A stretch of DNA of 64,000 bases from Hyphococcus sp. (lineage in GTDB: Bacteria > Pseudomonadota > Alphaproteobacteria > Caulobacterales > Parvularculaceae): assembly GCA_021776375.1 (NCBI GenBank), contig JAJFGA010000046.1:353-64352 (forward strand). Direction: 5' to 3'. This document shows positions 1 to 8,838 of this stretch, piece after piece; position 1 is the stretch's first letter, and the number at the start of each line of letters is the position of its first letter. The notes beneath the pieces are model-generated. The model was not told where the DNA came from. It made no database searches and was given only the letters and a program-made list of their open reading frames with translations. The position numbers were made by a program, and so were the translations under genes.

Positions 1-288
1 GAGTGTTTCAACGCCACTCCACGCCCAGAATCGAAGACAATTTACGCACCAGAGTGCAATTGGCCAATGTCTCCTTTTGCGCGCTAATCGGACCAACGGA
101 AGCAAAAAAGACTGGCCGGCTAAAATTCGCCAGAGGCGGTCGAAGGTCGTTGTGATGTGAATGTCGGGTTTCCGGAGTAATTCGTACGAATCGGCGGCAA
201 TTTTCCAATCTCATCCAAGTACCGGCAGGAGATCCGGAAGCAAAAAATCGCAGTGCTACTCGAAGAAGGACGGGCGGAGAGGATAAAT

Positions 289-924
289 TTAGCGGCTCGG
301 CTTGGGGCGAGCCGTTGCTGCGAGCGCAGCCACTGCCGCAAGCTTGTGTTTCGCCTGCCAAGGTGGTCCGACTGTCTTACCCATCTCCAAAAGAAAAATG
401 TTGATGTCTTCGCAGCCGACCACTGACGCGGCTTCGTTAAATACTTTCTCGCGGTCGTACCAATAGACGGACCAGCCACGCGCCGTAGCCGCTGTCGCCA
501 ACGCTTCTCGATACATGACGGAATCGGCGACGGTCTGTGCGCGACTGTCCATGATGCGTTCTTCGATTGTCGGCGGCAGTTTCGGGCATTTGCGGATTGC
601 GATCGTTGAGATGGGAAAATCCGAATCTGCAACCAGCGCCTCAAGACTGGCGCGCGCGCCGTGGGCCGCTGCCTCGTGAACGAGCTCAATTAACTCGATC
701 GCCTCTTCAAGCGAAATCTCACGTGACCACGCGCTGTTTTTGTAGCGACCTACTGCCCAGGCCCCTTCATGATGGTAAGGGTGGGTTGGCAATCCGCCTT
801 CCGTTAAGTCTATGCGGCGGCGATCAATAAGCTCGCCATCAGACGAGACAGTAACAAGGTCCGCCGAATTACCATGTTCGGCGACTCCAACGGCCGCATT
901 TCGCGTTGTTCGTTCTCGTACCAC
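289..924 (-). CDS. Conserved hypothetical protein (N-terminal GVAEHGNSA motif, possibly RNase H-like fold)
   Basis: ORF 289..1032; probable GTG start at 924 after a GGGAGG RBS; co-directional with the DUF1428 gene. Confidence 0.65.
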   Translation of the reverse strand: MVRERTTRNAAVGVAEHGNSADLVTVSSDGELIDRRRIDLTEGGLPTHPYHHEGAWAVGRYKNSAWSREISLEEAIELIELVHEAAAHGARASLEALVADSDFPISTIAIRKCPKLPPTIEERIMDSRAQTVADSVMYREALATAATARGWSVYWYDREKVFNEAASVVGCEDINIFLLEMGKTVGPPWQAKHKLAAVAALAATARPKPSR

Positions 925-1000
925 GCATTCCTCCCGCTTGGGGTTGGTGTCTGAAGAATACTGGGTCTCCATCCTGGGTTCGGGACCATCGGCTTGACAG

Positions 1001-1357
1001 TCAGCTTTTGTGATAGGCAAGCATCGGTTCAAAGCCGCCCATAATCATGCGCTTACCATCGAAGGGCATTTTTGCCAGTTCCGTTATTCTTGGGTCGGTC
1101 CACATGCCTTTATGCGCAACGGCGCCGGTTTTGCGGTCGGGCCAGACGACCCAAGAAAAGACGATCTTCTCGCCAGGCAAGGCTTTTACGGCTCGACGGT
1201 AATCCGTGTGCTCGCCATCGGGAACTTCAAGTTCCCAGTTTTCGAAAATTTCAACCGCTCCAAAATCTTTGGCGACCTCTGCAAACACCTTTGTCATCGC
1301 AGCATAAGCATCTTTGTCAACTTCGGGCACAGGCAGAATATATCCGTTCACATACAT
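1001..1357 (-). CDS. DUF1428 family protein
   Basis: MYVNGYILPVP...DYRRAVKA...VFSWVVWPD...MPFDGKRMIMGGF is typical of DUF1428; AAGGAG RBS. Confidence 0.9.
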   Translation of the reverse strand: MYVNGYILPVPEVDKDAYAAMTKVFAEVAKDFGAVEIFENWELEVPDGEHTDYRRAVKALPGEKIVFSWVVWPDRKTGAVAHKGMWTDPRITELAKMPFDGKRMIMGGFEPMLAYHKS

Positions 1358-1621
1358 GTTCTAAACTCCTTTAGCCTTCGAGGTGATCATTTTACAAGGT
1401 GGAAACAATCGCAACTACGGCGGACCCCGCCGAGATGAAAGGGCGTTATGGTAGTGAATATTTGCCCATTTTCGGCGGACCGGAGCGGGAACTATAGAAC
1501 CGTCGCTCGAATGCGGCACGATTGAATTTTCGATATCGGCGCAAAATGAGTACATCAGCCCGCTTTCACAAGCACGTTAAGTCAACGGCGGAAATAGCGA
1601 ACAACGTTTATGCTTTTTGCC

Positions 1622-2470
1622 TTACTCAAAATATCTCGCCAAGTTTGCAGTGTCGCCCGTACCCCGCACGCTGCGACAGTAATAGCAATCGCCTGTGGCC
1701 TCGGTCATTTTCTTCGAAACCGCGCCTTGATCGCCGCGATATGTCTGAAATGTATAAGGAACATGTATGCCCGTGACGAGTTTCATAAACGCTGTCATTC
1801 CAAGAGACGCCACAACGCCATTGACCGAGACGACCGACGGTCCAGCTTCAGACAGAGAGCTTGTTTTTACTCCGTAGACCGCGTCTTCATTTTCGCGCAT
1901 TTCACGTGAGGCCAAAAACCGACGGACGTCATCCGGATCGAGTAGGTCAAGGCAATGTAAGCAACCATGTTCACCGTTGATGATGGCGATGCGTCCACCA
2001 AACTTCCCCGGTTCCGGCACGTCCGACGCCATGTCGATGAGAGTTTTCTCATACGCCAAACAGGCTTCATTGAGGAAAAAGCGAACTCCGTCGTCATCTA
2101 CGCAACCGAGAACATAATCGGTGCGTTTGATTGCTTCCAATGCAGTGGTTGAAAGCAAATCCGCATGGATCGGTTCAACTGTAATGCTCGGGTCGATTAA
2201 ACCGATTTGGCGACTTGCTAAATCAACTTTTTTAGATCCGGGAATGGGGTCATCGTGCCAGACGCCAAGATACCGATTGCGATTCGAAAGTGAGATTTCT
2301 TGGTTATCTACTGGCGTAATGTAGCCGACGCCAAGCAGCGCGGATTGAACAACCACGTGACTGCCGAGACCACCGGCGCCGGCAATGAGTATTCGTGTTC
2401 GCCTGAGCGCTGTCTGCCCGCCCTTGCCAAAAAGGCGTTCATTTCGATCAAATCGCTGGTTGCTCATCAT
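1622..2470 (-). CDS. ThiF/E1-like ubiquitin-activating enzyme (BilD/BubD-like)
   Basis: GAGGLGS nucleotide loop, SNRNR, GCVDD, Zn-binding CLHC and CYYC pairs; last gene of the Ubl-E2-JAB-E1 operon; start at 2470 or 2467. Confidence 0.9.
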   Translation of the reverse strand: MMSNQRFDRNERLFGKGGQTALRRTRILIAGAGGLGSHVVVQSALLGVGYITPVDNQEISLSNRNRYLGVWHDDPIPGSKKVDLASRQIGLIDPSITVEPIHADLLSTTALEAIKRTDYVLGCVDDDGVRFFLNEACLAYEKTLIDMASDVPEPGKFGGRIAIINGEHGCLHCLDLLDPDDVRRFLASREMRENEDAVYGVKTSSLSEAGPSVVSVNGVVASLGMTAFMKLVTGIHVPYTFQTYRGDQGAVSKKMTEATGDCYYCRSVRGTGDTANLARYFE

Positions 2471-2975
2471 TCCATCCATGTAATGACCGATTAGTTGGAA
2501 CGCTGAGCGCCCCCGCGGTCTCTATGCCCGCTAGCGGTTCAGGAATCTTCGCGTCGTGATGCCAAACTAGCGCGTCATACCCTGTTGGTGAGACGACAAT
2601 TGCGAGATAAGGGCGCATTTTTAGGCGCCACCGCATGTGTGCGACCGTTTCCTTCAATCCCATTCGATCAGCAATCGAAAATCCCGCGGGCCAAGGGCCT
2701 GGGTGCGAATGAAACTCGACGAGCGAACCAGAGGCAAAGTGGGCCCGCTTGATTAAGTTGATACGCGCCTCGTCCGTGAGCTCAATATAATCTGTTTCTT
2801 GCTCACGGAAATCGTGCTGGTTGAGAAAAACAGCATCAATCGGCTTAAACCGCGTGACGCCATTTACATCGACGTCGCAAACGAGAAATGCTGCTTGTTC
2901 CTTTTTCGTATGGCGCGGCAGTAAATGTTCCCATAGACGGTTGCGTAAATCCGCATCAAGATTGAGGATAATCAT
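2448..2975 (-). CDS. JAB/MPN metallopeptidase (Ubl-processing, BilC/BubC-like)
   Basis: N-terminal Glu (KEQAAFL) and EFHSHP...FSIAD (HxH-S-D) JAMM motif; ATG at 2975 just after the E2 stop. Confidence 0.88.
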   Translation of the reverse strand: MIILNLDADLRNRLWEHLLPRHTKKEQAAFLVCDVDVNGVTRFKPIDAVFLNQHDFREQETDYIELTDEARINLIKRAHFASGSLVEFHSHPGPWPAGFSIADRMGLKETVAHMRWRLKMRPYLAIVVSPTGYDALVWHHDAKIPEPLAGIETAGALSVPTNRSLHGWNDEQPAI

Positions 2976-2979
2976 CCTA

Positions 2980-3369
2980 TCAAACTCCCTCGCAAAGTCG
3001 GTGGACAAAAGTACGGACCCACCCCCAGAGATTCGATCCGCTTTTAACGTCTGCGGTCGCACGCCATCCTTGCGGCTGCCAAGATAGAAATCGCCAGCCG
3101 CCTTGAAATGGCGGTTGATGTTGCGCTGACGCGGTTTGCGGCGGCGCGCCGTTTAGCGAGAGCTCGTTGGGCACGAAAAACCCATAAGGCTCCGCGCCCG
3201 GATGACCTTCGGTCACAGCAAACACTGCTGAAAATTCCGCCGGGCTCCACCCTGGAGGGGCTTTGAGGGCGTTGACGCGGAACCAGTGCATGGCTCCGCT
3301 GGCGAGATAGTCAACGTCAGCGTAATGCTGGCGAAGCAGGGCCAGCTCGGAGGCGATCCGATCGTTCAT
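2980..3369 (-). CDS. Prokaryotic E2/UBC-like protein (Prok-E2 family E-like)
   Basis: PPGW...HPGAEPYGFFVP...WRFLSW...W pattern; coupled to the Ubl gene (TAAATG); operon context. Confidence 0.8.
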   Translation of the reverse strand: MNDRIASELALLRQHYADVDYLASGAMHWFRVNALKAPPGWSPAEFSAVFAVTEGHPGAEPYGFFVPNELSLNGAPPQTASAQHQPPFQGGWRFLSWQPQGWRATADVKSGSNLWGWVRTFVHRLCEGV

Positions 3370-4023
3370 TTACGCCCCCCGCTTGAAACAAAGCTTCTTA
3401 CCGTATGAGAGACCTGGACGAAGTTTGATGATCTCGCCCGGCTTGAGCGTTCGCTCGTTCTGATCTTCATCGACCTCGATCACGCCGATCGATACGTCCC
3501 ATCCACCGATCTCCGCGATTTCCTCCGTCGTGATCGTGCCCTTTGGCCAAGGCAGAAAATCGCCCTCAACGCAGATTTTGAATTTCTTGGGTTTGCGCGA
3601 AATGATGCGCTCGACGCCTTCGCGTTTAAGCCGGACGTTCGTTCCTGGTTCAATAACCCGGTCGCCATCTGAATCGAGAAGGAGTTCGTGCTCACTTGGG
3701 ATTTCGCCGAAAGTGCGCAGTTCGACGTCTGAGATCGCCTCATCGCCCCATTCGAAACCGCGTTCGTTTAACGTGCACGTGTAAATCCGATCATTCTCAA
3801 ATGAGCGAAATAAGGGATTAGTTAACGTCCGCAGATCAACCATTTCGTCAAGGCCGATGGACCGGGCACCGCGCCCCTCGATGAGGATTAGGATAAATGC
3901 GCTCGCAGGGCTCAGGCCTGCATCATCGCGAAGTTGACGTCCGGTTGGCGTTACATCGTCAATTTCATAGTTTTGTCCATCGATCGGAATGACGATGGCC
4001 GCGGTTTTTACAACAGCAGTCAT
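3370..4023 (-). CDS. Multi-ubiquitin domain protein (three beta-grasp repeats, C-terminus KRG-A)
   Basis: Repeats IDGQNY..TPTGRQL, LNERGFEW..ISDVEL, VEGDFLPW..ITTEEI; penultimate Gly; GGAGA RBS before ATG 4023. Confidence 0.85.
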   Translation of the reverse strand: MTAVVKTAAIVIPIDGQNYEIDDVTPTGRQLRDDAGLSPASAFILILIEGRGARSIGLDEMVDLRTLTNPLFRSFENDRIYTCTLNERGFEWGDEAISDVELRTFGEIPSEHELLLDSDGDRVIEPGTNVRLKREGVERIISRKPKKFKICVEGDFLPWPKGTITTEEIAEIGGWDVSIGVIEVDEDQNERTLKPGEIIKLRPGLSYGKKLCFKRGA

Positions 4024-4117
4024 TTTGACTTCTCCAAGATTCTCCGCCGAACCCATTCCGGCGGTTCAGACTCTTGAAGCGCCCCACCATTCAGACTAAG
4101 GTGCTGTATGAGTCTCG

Positions 4118-4169
4118 ATATAGACAGTCTATATGGGGACGCATATTGGGGTCAAGTCCAATTATGGAC
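4118..4169. promoter_or_regulatory. Palindromic operator candidates between the Ubl operon and the Xre-RES pair
   Basis: Perfect ATATAGAC-A-GTCTATAT (4118-4134) and GTCCA-ATTA-TGGAC (4156-4169) in the divergent intergenic region. Confidence 0.5.
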
Positions 4170-4189
4170 GAAACGGAGGGTCACAATGT

Positions 4190-4579
4190 ATGTCTGATAG
4201 CAGCCCCGCGGCCCGGGTGGGCGCGGGGGAAATTTCGATTCCCGCCGCAATGGAAGCTTTCTCAAATCTCGCCGACGTTTGGGATATTTCTACCGACGAG
4301 CAAATCAACCTGCTCGGTTCGCCCGGTCGGTCCACTTTCTTCAAATGGAAGAAATCGGGCGGAAACCTGCCGAACGACACGCTGGAGCGGATCTCGCATA
4401 TCCTCGCGATTTTCAAAGCGCTGCAGATCGTGTTGCCCGATGAGACCGCTGCCGACGAGTGGATAAAGAAAAGCAACGATTATTTCGACGGGCGGAGCGC
4501 TCTTGAAGTCATGCTCGATGGCAAGGTCGTCGACATTTACAAAGTGAGACAGTATCTCGATGCGCAACGCGGCGGTTGA
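4190..4579 (+). CDS. Xre/MbcA/ParS family antitoxin
   Basis: LLGSPGRSTFFKWKK HTH, TLERISHILAIFKAL, ADEWIKKSN..FDGRSAL, VRQYLDAQRGG; GGAGGG RBS before ATG 4190. Confidence 0.9.
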   Translation: MSDSSPAARVGAGEISIPAAMEAFSNLADVWDISTDEQINLLGSPGRSTFFKWKKSGGNLPNDTLERISHILAIFKALQIVLPDETAADEWIKKSNDYFDGRSALEVMLDGKVVDIYKVRQYLDAQRGG

Positions 4580-5279
4580 TAGTCCGATCATTGATGTCAA
4601 CGACAAATACTATTTGTTGATTCCGTCACGGTGTCCGCCAATTGCTTTGTTCGAGAGGATCTCAACTGACAATCACGACGAGATTGCCAATGTAGAGTCA
4701 CTGACGAATCCGCGTCTGCAGGAAAAACACCGTCTGATCCGGGCAGATCCGAAATTAGATGATAAGTCGCCTGGCCTGCAAAACTGGAACCATGCCCCTT
4801 TCACCTATGGAAACCCAGAAGGCAGTCGCTTCTTCGGACCCGAATCGCAATGTCTCGAGTTATCTGGCGATATTCAAACAGCACTAGCCGTCTCCGTCGC
4901 CAGGCGGGAGAGATTTCTGTCGCGAACGTCCGAACCGCGAATCAATTTGGATATGCGGGTTATTACCCGACAGGTTCGCGGCAAATTTATCGATGGAAGA
5001 AGATGGCCGCTGGATCTTAAGAACGAAGATTATCGCGGTATGGGCGCGGAAATCAAAACAATGGATAACGTTGACGGTGTTCTCTTTAGATCGCCTGAGC
5101 GCCCAACAGGTGAGCGAATAGGAGTGCTCAACGGGGCGACGCTTGATACCGCCGTGCAAGCTGATCACTATCGTTACGTTTGGGATGGTACTCGGATTGG
5201 ATCGCTCTACGCATTCAATGGCGGTGAGGTAATCGACCCATGTGATCTCATCAATGAAGAAACGATCCTGGCCGCATGA
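4560..5279 (+). CDS. RES-domain protein (MbcT-like, possibly degenerate)
   Basis: LIPSRCPP, ESLTNPRL, APFTY..GSRF, RERFL..TSEP...DMR, GVLFRS; overlaps the antitoxin gene end. Confidence 0.82.
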   Translation: MRNAAVDSPIIDVNDKYYLLIPSRCPPIALFERISTDNHDEIANVESLTNPRLQEKHRLIRADPKLDDKSPGLQNWNHAPFTYGNPEGSRFFGPESQCLELSGDIQTALAVSVARRERFLSRTSEPRINLDMRVITRQVRGKFIDGRRWPLDLKNEDYRGMGAEIKTMDNVDGVLFRSPERPTGERIGVLNGATLDTAVQADHYRYVWDGTRIGSLYAFNGGEVIDPCDLINEETILAA

Positions 5280-5490
5280 CATCTGAAAAAGTTCTCAAAT
5301 TTCGGTGAATTTTCGAGAGATAAACGGGACACTTTTGATATTTCGTGACAGACAAGCCTTTGTTTTTATTGACGTGTGTGGGCATATAGGAGCGCTTCGC
5401 CCGCGCCGTATGAACGCGGCTGAATAGCCGTCGGGTTTCGTCACCATGATCATCTACCCCAATTTTGAAAGAATGCGTGCGTTGTCGCGC

Positions 5491-5521
5491 GAGTTCGAGT
5501 CCTTGTTTAGGACTCGAACTC
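5491..5521. repeat. 12-7-12 palindrome, copy 1 (putative recombination site)
   Basis: GAGTTCGAGTCC-TTGTTTA-GGACTCGAACTC; same motif at 12565-12595 and 18497-18527. Confidence 0.75.
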
Positions 5522-5845
5522 CATAGGCTGGTGCCTGGTTTTGCGCGCCATTCAGACGTACAGACGCATTATGACAACCGTCAATTTCTCGCCATTAACA
5601 GCCGGTGGTGATGAGGCGCTCGAGTGACGGTTTCATCCTCAAACCGGATAACAATTGTATGGTGCAACGATTTAGAAGCCGGTGTGCGTCTGGTCACGAC
5701 CGCCTTACGTCAAATCTGACATCTGGGATGCTGCCAGGCATATGAATATGCGTATGGCTGCAAACACATTTGCCAAGTTAATTGAAACCTGAGACCAATC
5801 AGATTAGTTTCTAATCTGGTAAATATTTGTCGTGGAGGCTCGAAT

Positions 5846-7066
5846 TTGTTGCGGCTGCTTGTCGTCGATAACACCCGAAAACATGGCGGCGCGTTCTTGA
5901 GCTTGCTCGACATCATTGAGAACTTTAGATCGCGCGGTGTGAATGTCACCCTCATCGCAAGTCAAACGACCCCTGAGTATCTTGACCGCGTCAAAACAGA
6001 CCGGTTCATCTATATGAATTTTTACCGCCGTGAGTTCGATAGAACTCCCGAACCATCGAGCAAAGAGAGAAACACCCTTCACGGCTTATGGAAACGCACC
6101 GCCAGATTCGGCCCAACTATCGAGTGCTTTCGTGAGATCTCACGACTTTACAAGGTAACCAGTCGTCTATCATTCGACCTTATCTACCTTAACAATAGTG
6201 CTTCCTCGCAATTTTCGTGTATATTATTTGGAGCACTCAAGAATATTCCGATCGTGGTTCACACTCGCGGATTTGAAGAGATAGGATTTTGTCAGCGTTT
6301 CATTTCCCGGTTCGTAAAAAAATATATCGCGATATCCCGCGCGGTCGAAAGAAATCTAGTACGGGGCGGCATTCCGGCCGAAAAAATCAGTCAAATTTAT
6401 AATCCATTCAATATTGCAAACTACCTGAACAAAGAGCCTGAGCGTTTTGCCTTAAAATCTGAATTTCCAGCGACTAAATTGTTGGGGCACTTCGGAAGAC
6501 TAATTCCCTGGAAGGGTGTTTTCGAACTTGTTCAATCTCTTGCAGTTGACCTTCGGCATAACAAGACTTGGCATCTGTTGCTGGTTGGAGAGACCGCGAA
6601 CCTCGCCCCGGAATACAAATCCCGGATCGAATGTCTGATCGAACAAGAGGGCATTGAGGAAAACGTACACTTTTTAGGGATGCGGGCTGACTACTTGGAG
6701 ATAATGTCAGGATGCGATGTTGTGATACATCATTCTATAGAACCCGAACCGCTCGGGAGAGTGGCAATCGAAGCGTTTGCTGTCCGAACGCCTGTCATAG
6801 CTTCGCATCTTGGCGGCCCGTCTGAAGTAGTGGAAGATGATGTCGATGGACGATTATTCGATCCGTACAGTACGCAATCATTCCGATCTGCATTAAAGGA
6901 TGCTATAAATAATCGAAAGCGATATACCTTGAATGGACAAAAGAAATTTTTGGATATGTTCGGGGCAAGCCAATTCGATGCGCTGTTTTCAATCGTACAG
7001 GAGAATGCAATGCATACGGATAGAGACCGTTCAGCGAGCTTGAGTTTCACGAAGCCAGACAGTTAG
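5846..7066 (+). CDS. Glycosyltransferase family 4 (GT-B)
   Basis: HGGA N-terminal motif, GRLIPWKG, EPLGRVAIEA, GGPSEVV; TTG start after GGAGG. Confidence 0.9.
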   Translation: MLRLLVVDNTRKHGGAFLSLLDIIENFRSRGVNVTLIASQTTPEYLDRVKTDRFIYMNFYRREFDRTPEPSSKERNTLHGLWKRTARFGPTIECFREISRLYKVTSRLSFDLIYLNNSASSQFSCILFGALKNIPIVVHTRGFEEIGFCQRFISRFVKKYIAISRAVERNLVRGGIPAEKISQIYNPFNIANYLNKEPERFALKSEFPATKLLGHFGRLIPWKGVFELVQSLAVDLRHNKTWHLLLVGETANLAPEYKSRIECLIEQEGIEENVHFLGMRADYLEIMSGCDVVIHHSIEPEPLGRVAIEAFAVRTPVIASHLGGPSEVVEDDVDGRLFDPYSTQSFRSALKDAINNRKRYTLNGQKKFLDMFGASQFDALFSIVQENAMHTDRDRSASLSFTKPDS

Positions 7067-7886
7067 GAAAGCGACTATAAAGCTTGTATTTTTCGAATAC
7101 AGCCAGGATTTGAGCGTCATTCCCACCTCCTTCGACATTTGTCAGTCGTAGCTTTTCAAATTGACTTCCATTCACAAATTTTGAGTTGGATGCCAGTTCC
7201 TCAACCGATACCGGAAGTCTTTTACACTTCACGCCATTGAGTAGACTCATTGCTTTAAACCAAACGTCGTCCGCAGTCGGGCATATCGACGAAATAACTG
7301 ACACGTCAAAGGCCTTTCGGTGCAAGCTGTCTGGAAAATATAAAACACCGCCAACACCCGTTGGGAAGATATCAAAATCAGCATCGAACGCTTGCGATTC
7401 ATATTCCCATTCCAGATAGGGCCGGATTACTCCGTTGTCGTCGAACGTCATTCTATGAGCTCGAAAGCAGTGAATAACATCCGGTTCTTGATAATGCGCG
7501 GCTACAAGCTTCTCCAAAACGTCTGTAGAATAAATCATATCGTCATCAAAGGTCGCTATCATATCTCTTGGAAACAACGTCATAGTTGGGATCAATTTTG
7601 TATGCGGCCCAATATCCTCAACAAAATTCACTCTTAAACCGCGCTCCTTTAGCGCGATGATTTCGACAGGCAAGGTGGCCTCGCAAAAGCTATCACGGCA
7701 AACATTCAAGATAACCATGTCAGGCGCGCTCGTTTGTTCGAAAACGCTGATTAGGGCCATATGTGCGAATTCTGCACGCCTACCGTGCGTCGTCATGGAA
7801 GCAATAATTTTGGGTCGGTATCTACTTGCAGTGCTCATTTCCAACAAAACATTACTATTACCTGTCACAGTGCGGCGACCGCGCAT
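7047..7886 (-). CDS. GT-A/GT2-like glycosyltransferase
   Basis: IIASMTT..RR, PHTKLIP, TFDDD, TGVGGVLY, TADDVWF motifs; start uncertain. Confidence 0.7.
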   Translation of the reverse strand: MRGRRTVTGNSNVLLEMSTASRYRPKIIASMTTHGRRAEFAHMALISVFEQTSAPDMVILNVCRDSFCEATLPVEIIALKERGLRVNFVEDIGPHTKLIPTMTLFPRDMIATFDDDMIYSTDVLEKLVAAHYQEPDVIHCFRAHRMTFDDNGVIRPYLEWEYESQAFDADFDIFPTGVGGVLYFPDSLHRKAFDVSVISSICPTADDVWFKAMSLLNGVKCKRLPVSVEELASNSKFVNGSQFEKLRLTNVEGGGNDAQILAVFEKYKLYSRFPNCLAS

Positions 7887-7974
7887 TTCTCATCTATCTT
7901 GTCTACCCAACGCAGCTATTCAGCCTATCTATGTCGACATAATAAAGGGCCAAAAAATAAACCTGTAACACGCA

Positions 7975-8838
7975 TTATTCCTCGAAGTATGTATCCGGAT
8001 CGTCGGTTCCGCTATCTCCTTGATCGATTTCAGAAATCATTTCTAAGTCGATATCGTCGAGCTCAAAATCAAAGACCGAGATATTTTCAAGAAGGCGATC
8101 ATTTCTCCCGGTTTTGGGTATTGGCAAAAGGCCTCTCTGCAAATGCCATCTCAATATAACCTGTGCTGCAGTTTTATAGTGTTTGTCCGCAATTTGAGAG
8201 ATAACGGGATCGAACAAGCATGAGGTAGGCCGACCTTGTCCAATCGGTCCCCATGATTGCGTTAAGATTCCGTGGTCAGAATTATATCGACATATCGCAG
8301 GTCTTGGCCGATGTGGATCCAATTGAATTTGGTTTACAGACGGTAGAACGCCGGTTTCCTGAAATAGACGATCAATATGGTGGGGAAGAAAATTTGAGAC
8401 GCCTATCGATTTGACGAGCCCGTCTTGGCGGAGTTGCACCAATGCCCGCCAAGTTTCGACATACAAATCAAGTTGCGGAAGCGGCCAATGTATGAGGTAA
8501 AGGTCCAGGTAATCCGTACGGAGTCGCTCTAAAGTCGCCTCGAATGCGCGCATCGTCGGTGCAAATCCATGGTCTATCCCGCGGACTTTTGAGGTTACGA
8601 ACAAGTCTTTTCGGTCAATACCAGCGTCTTGCATGCCGTAACCGACATCCTCTTCGTTGCCGTAGCGTGACGCAGTGTCAAATAAGCGGTAGCCCAGCTT
8701 TATTGCTGCACAAACAATTTCACGCGCGGCGGTGTCGTTCAAATGCACGGTTCCCAATCCGATACATGGAACCATGTTTGCGTCGTTTAGCTTATACTTT
8801 TGCACTGCGTTCGGCCTCTTGTGTGCTGTATCGGACAA
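7975..8838 (-). CDS. Aldo/keto reductase
   Basis: GYRLFDTASRYGNE, TSKV, DYLDLYLIHWP, SIGVSNF, PIPKT. Confidence 0.93.
   Translation of the reverse strand: MSDTAHKRPNAVQKYKLNDANMVPCIGLGTVHLNDTAAREIVCAAIKLGYRLFDTASRYGNEEDVGYGMQDAGIDRKDLFVTSKVRGIDHGFAPTMRAFEATLERLRTDYLDLYLIHWPLPQLDLYVETWRALVQLRQDGLVKSIGVSNFLPHHIDRLFQETGVLPSVNQIQLDPHRPRPAICRYNSDHGILTQSWGPIGQGRPTSCLFDPVISQIADKHYKTAAQVILRWHLQRGLLPIPKTGRNDRLLENISVFDFELDDIDLEMISEIDQGDSGTDDPDTYFEE

Noticed and set aside
1478-1495. CGGAGCGGGA as the distal att copy of the tRNA-Gly 3' end
   Set aside because: Only about 8 matching bases, expected by chance; island-like cargo continues to the left.
1622-4023. CBASS type II or a ThiS/MoaD sulfur-transfer operon
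   Set aside because: No CD-NTase or effector; the multi-Ubl protein and separate E2 do not fit cofactor biosynthesis.
5491-5521. tRNA gene or rho-independent terminator
   Set aside because: T-loop-like sequence but no cloverleaf and no U-tract; better treated as a repeated DNA site.
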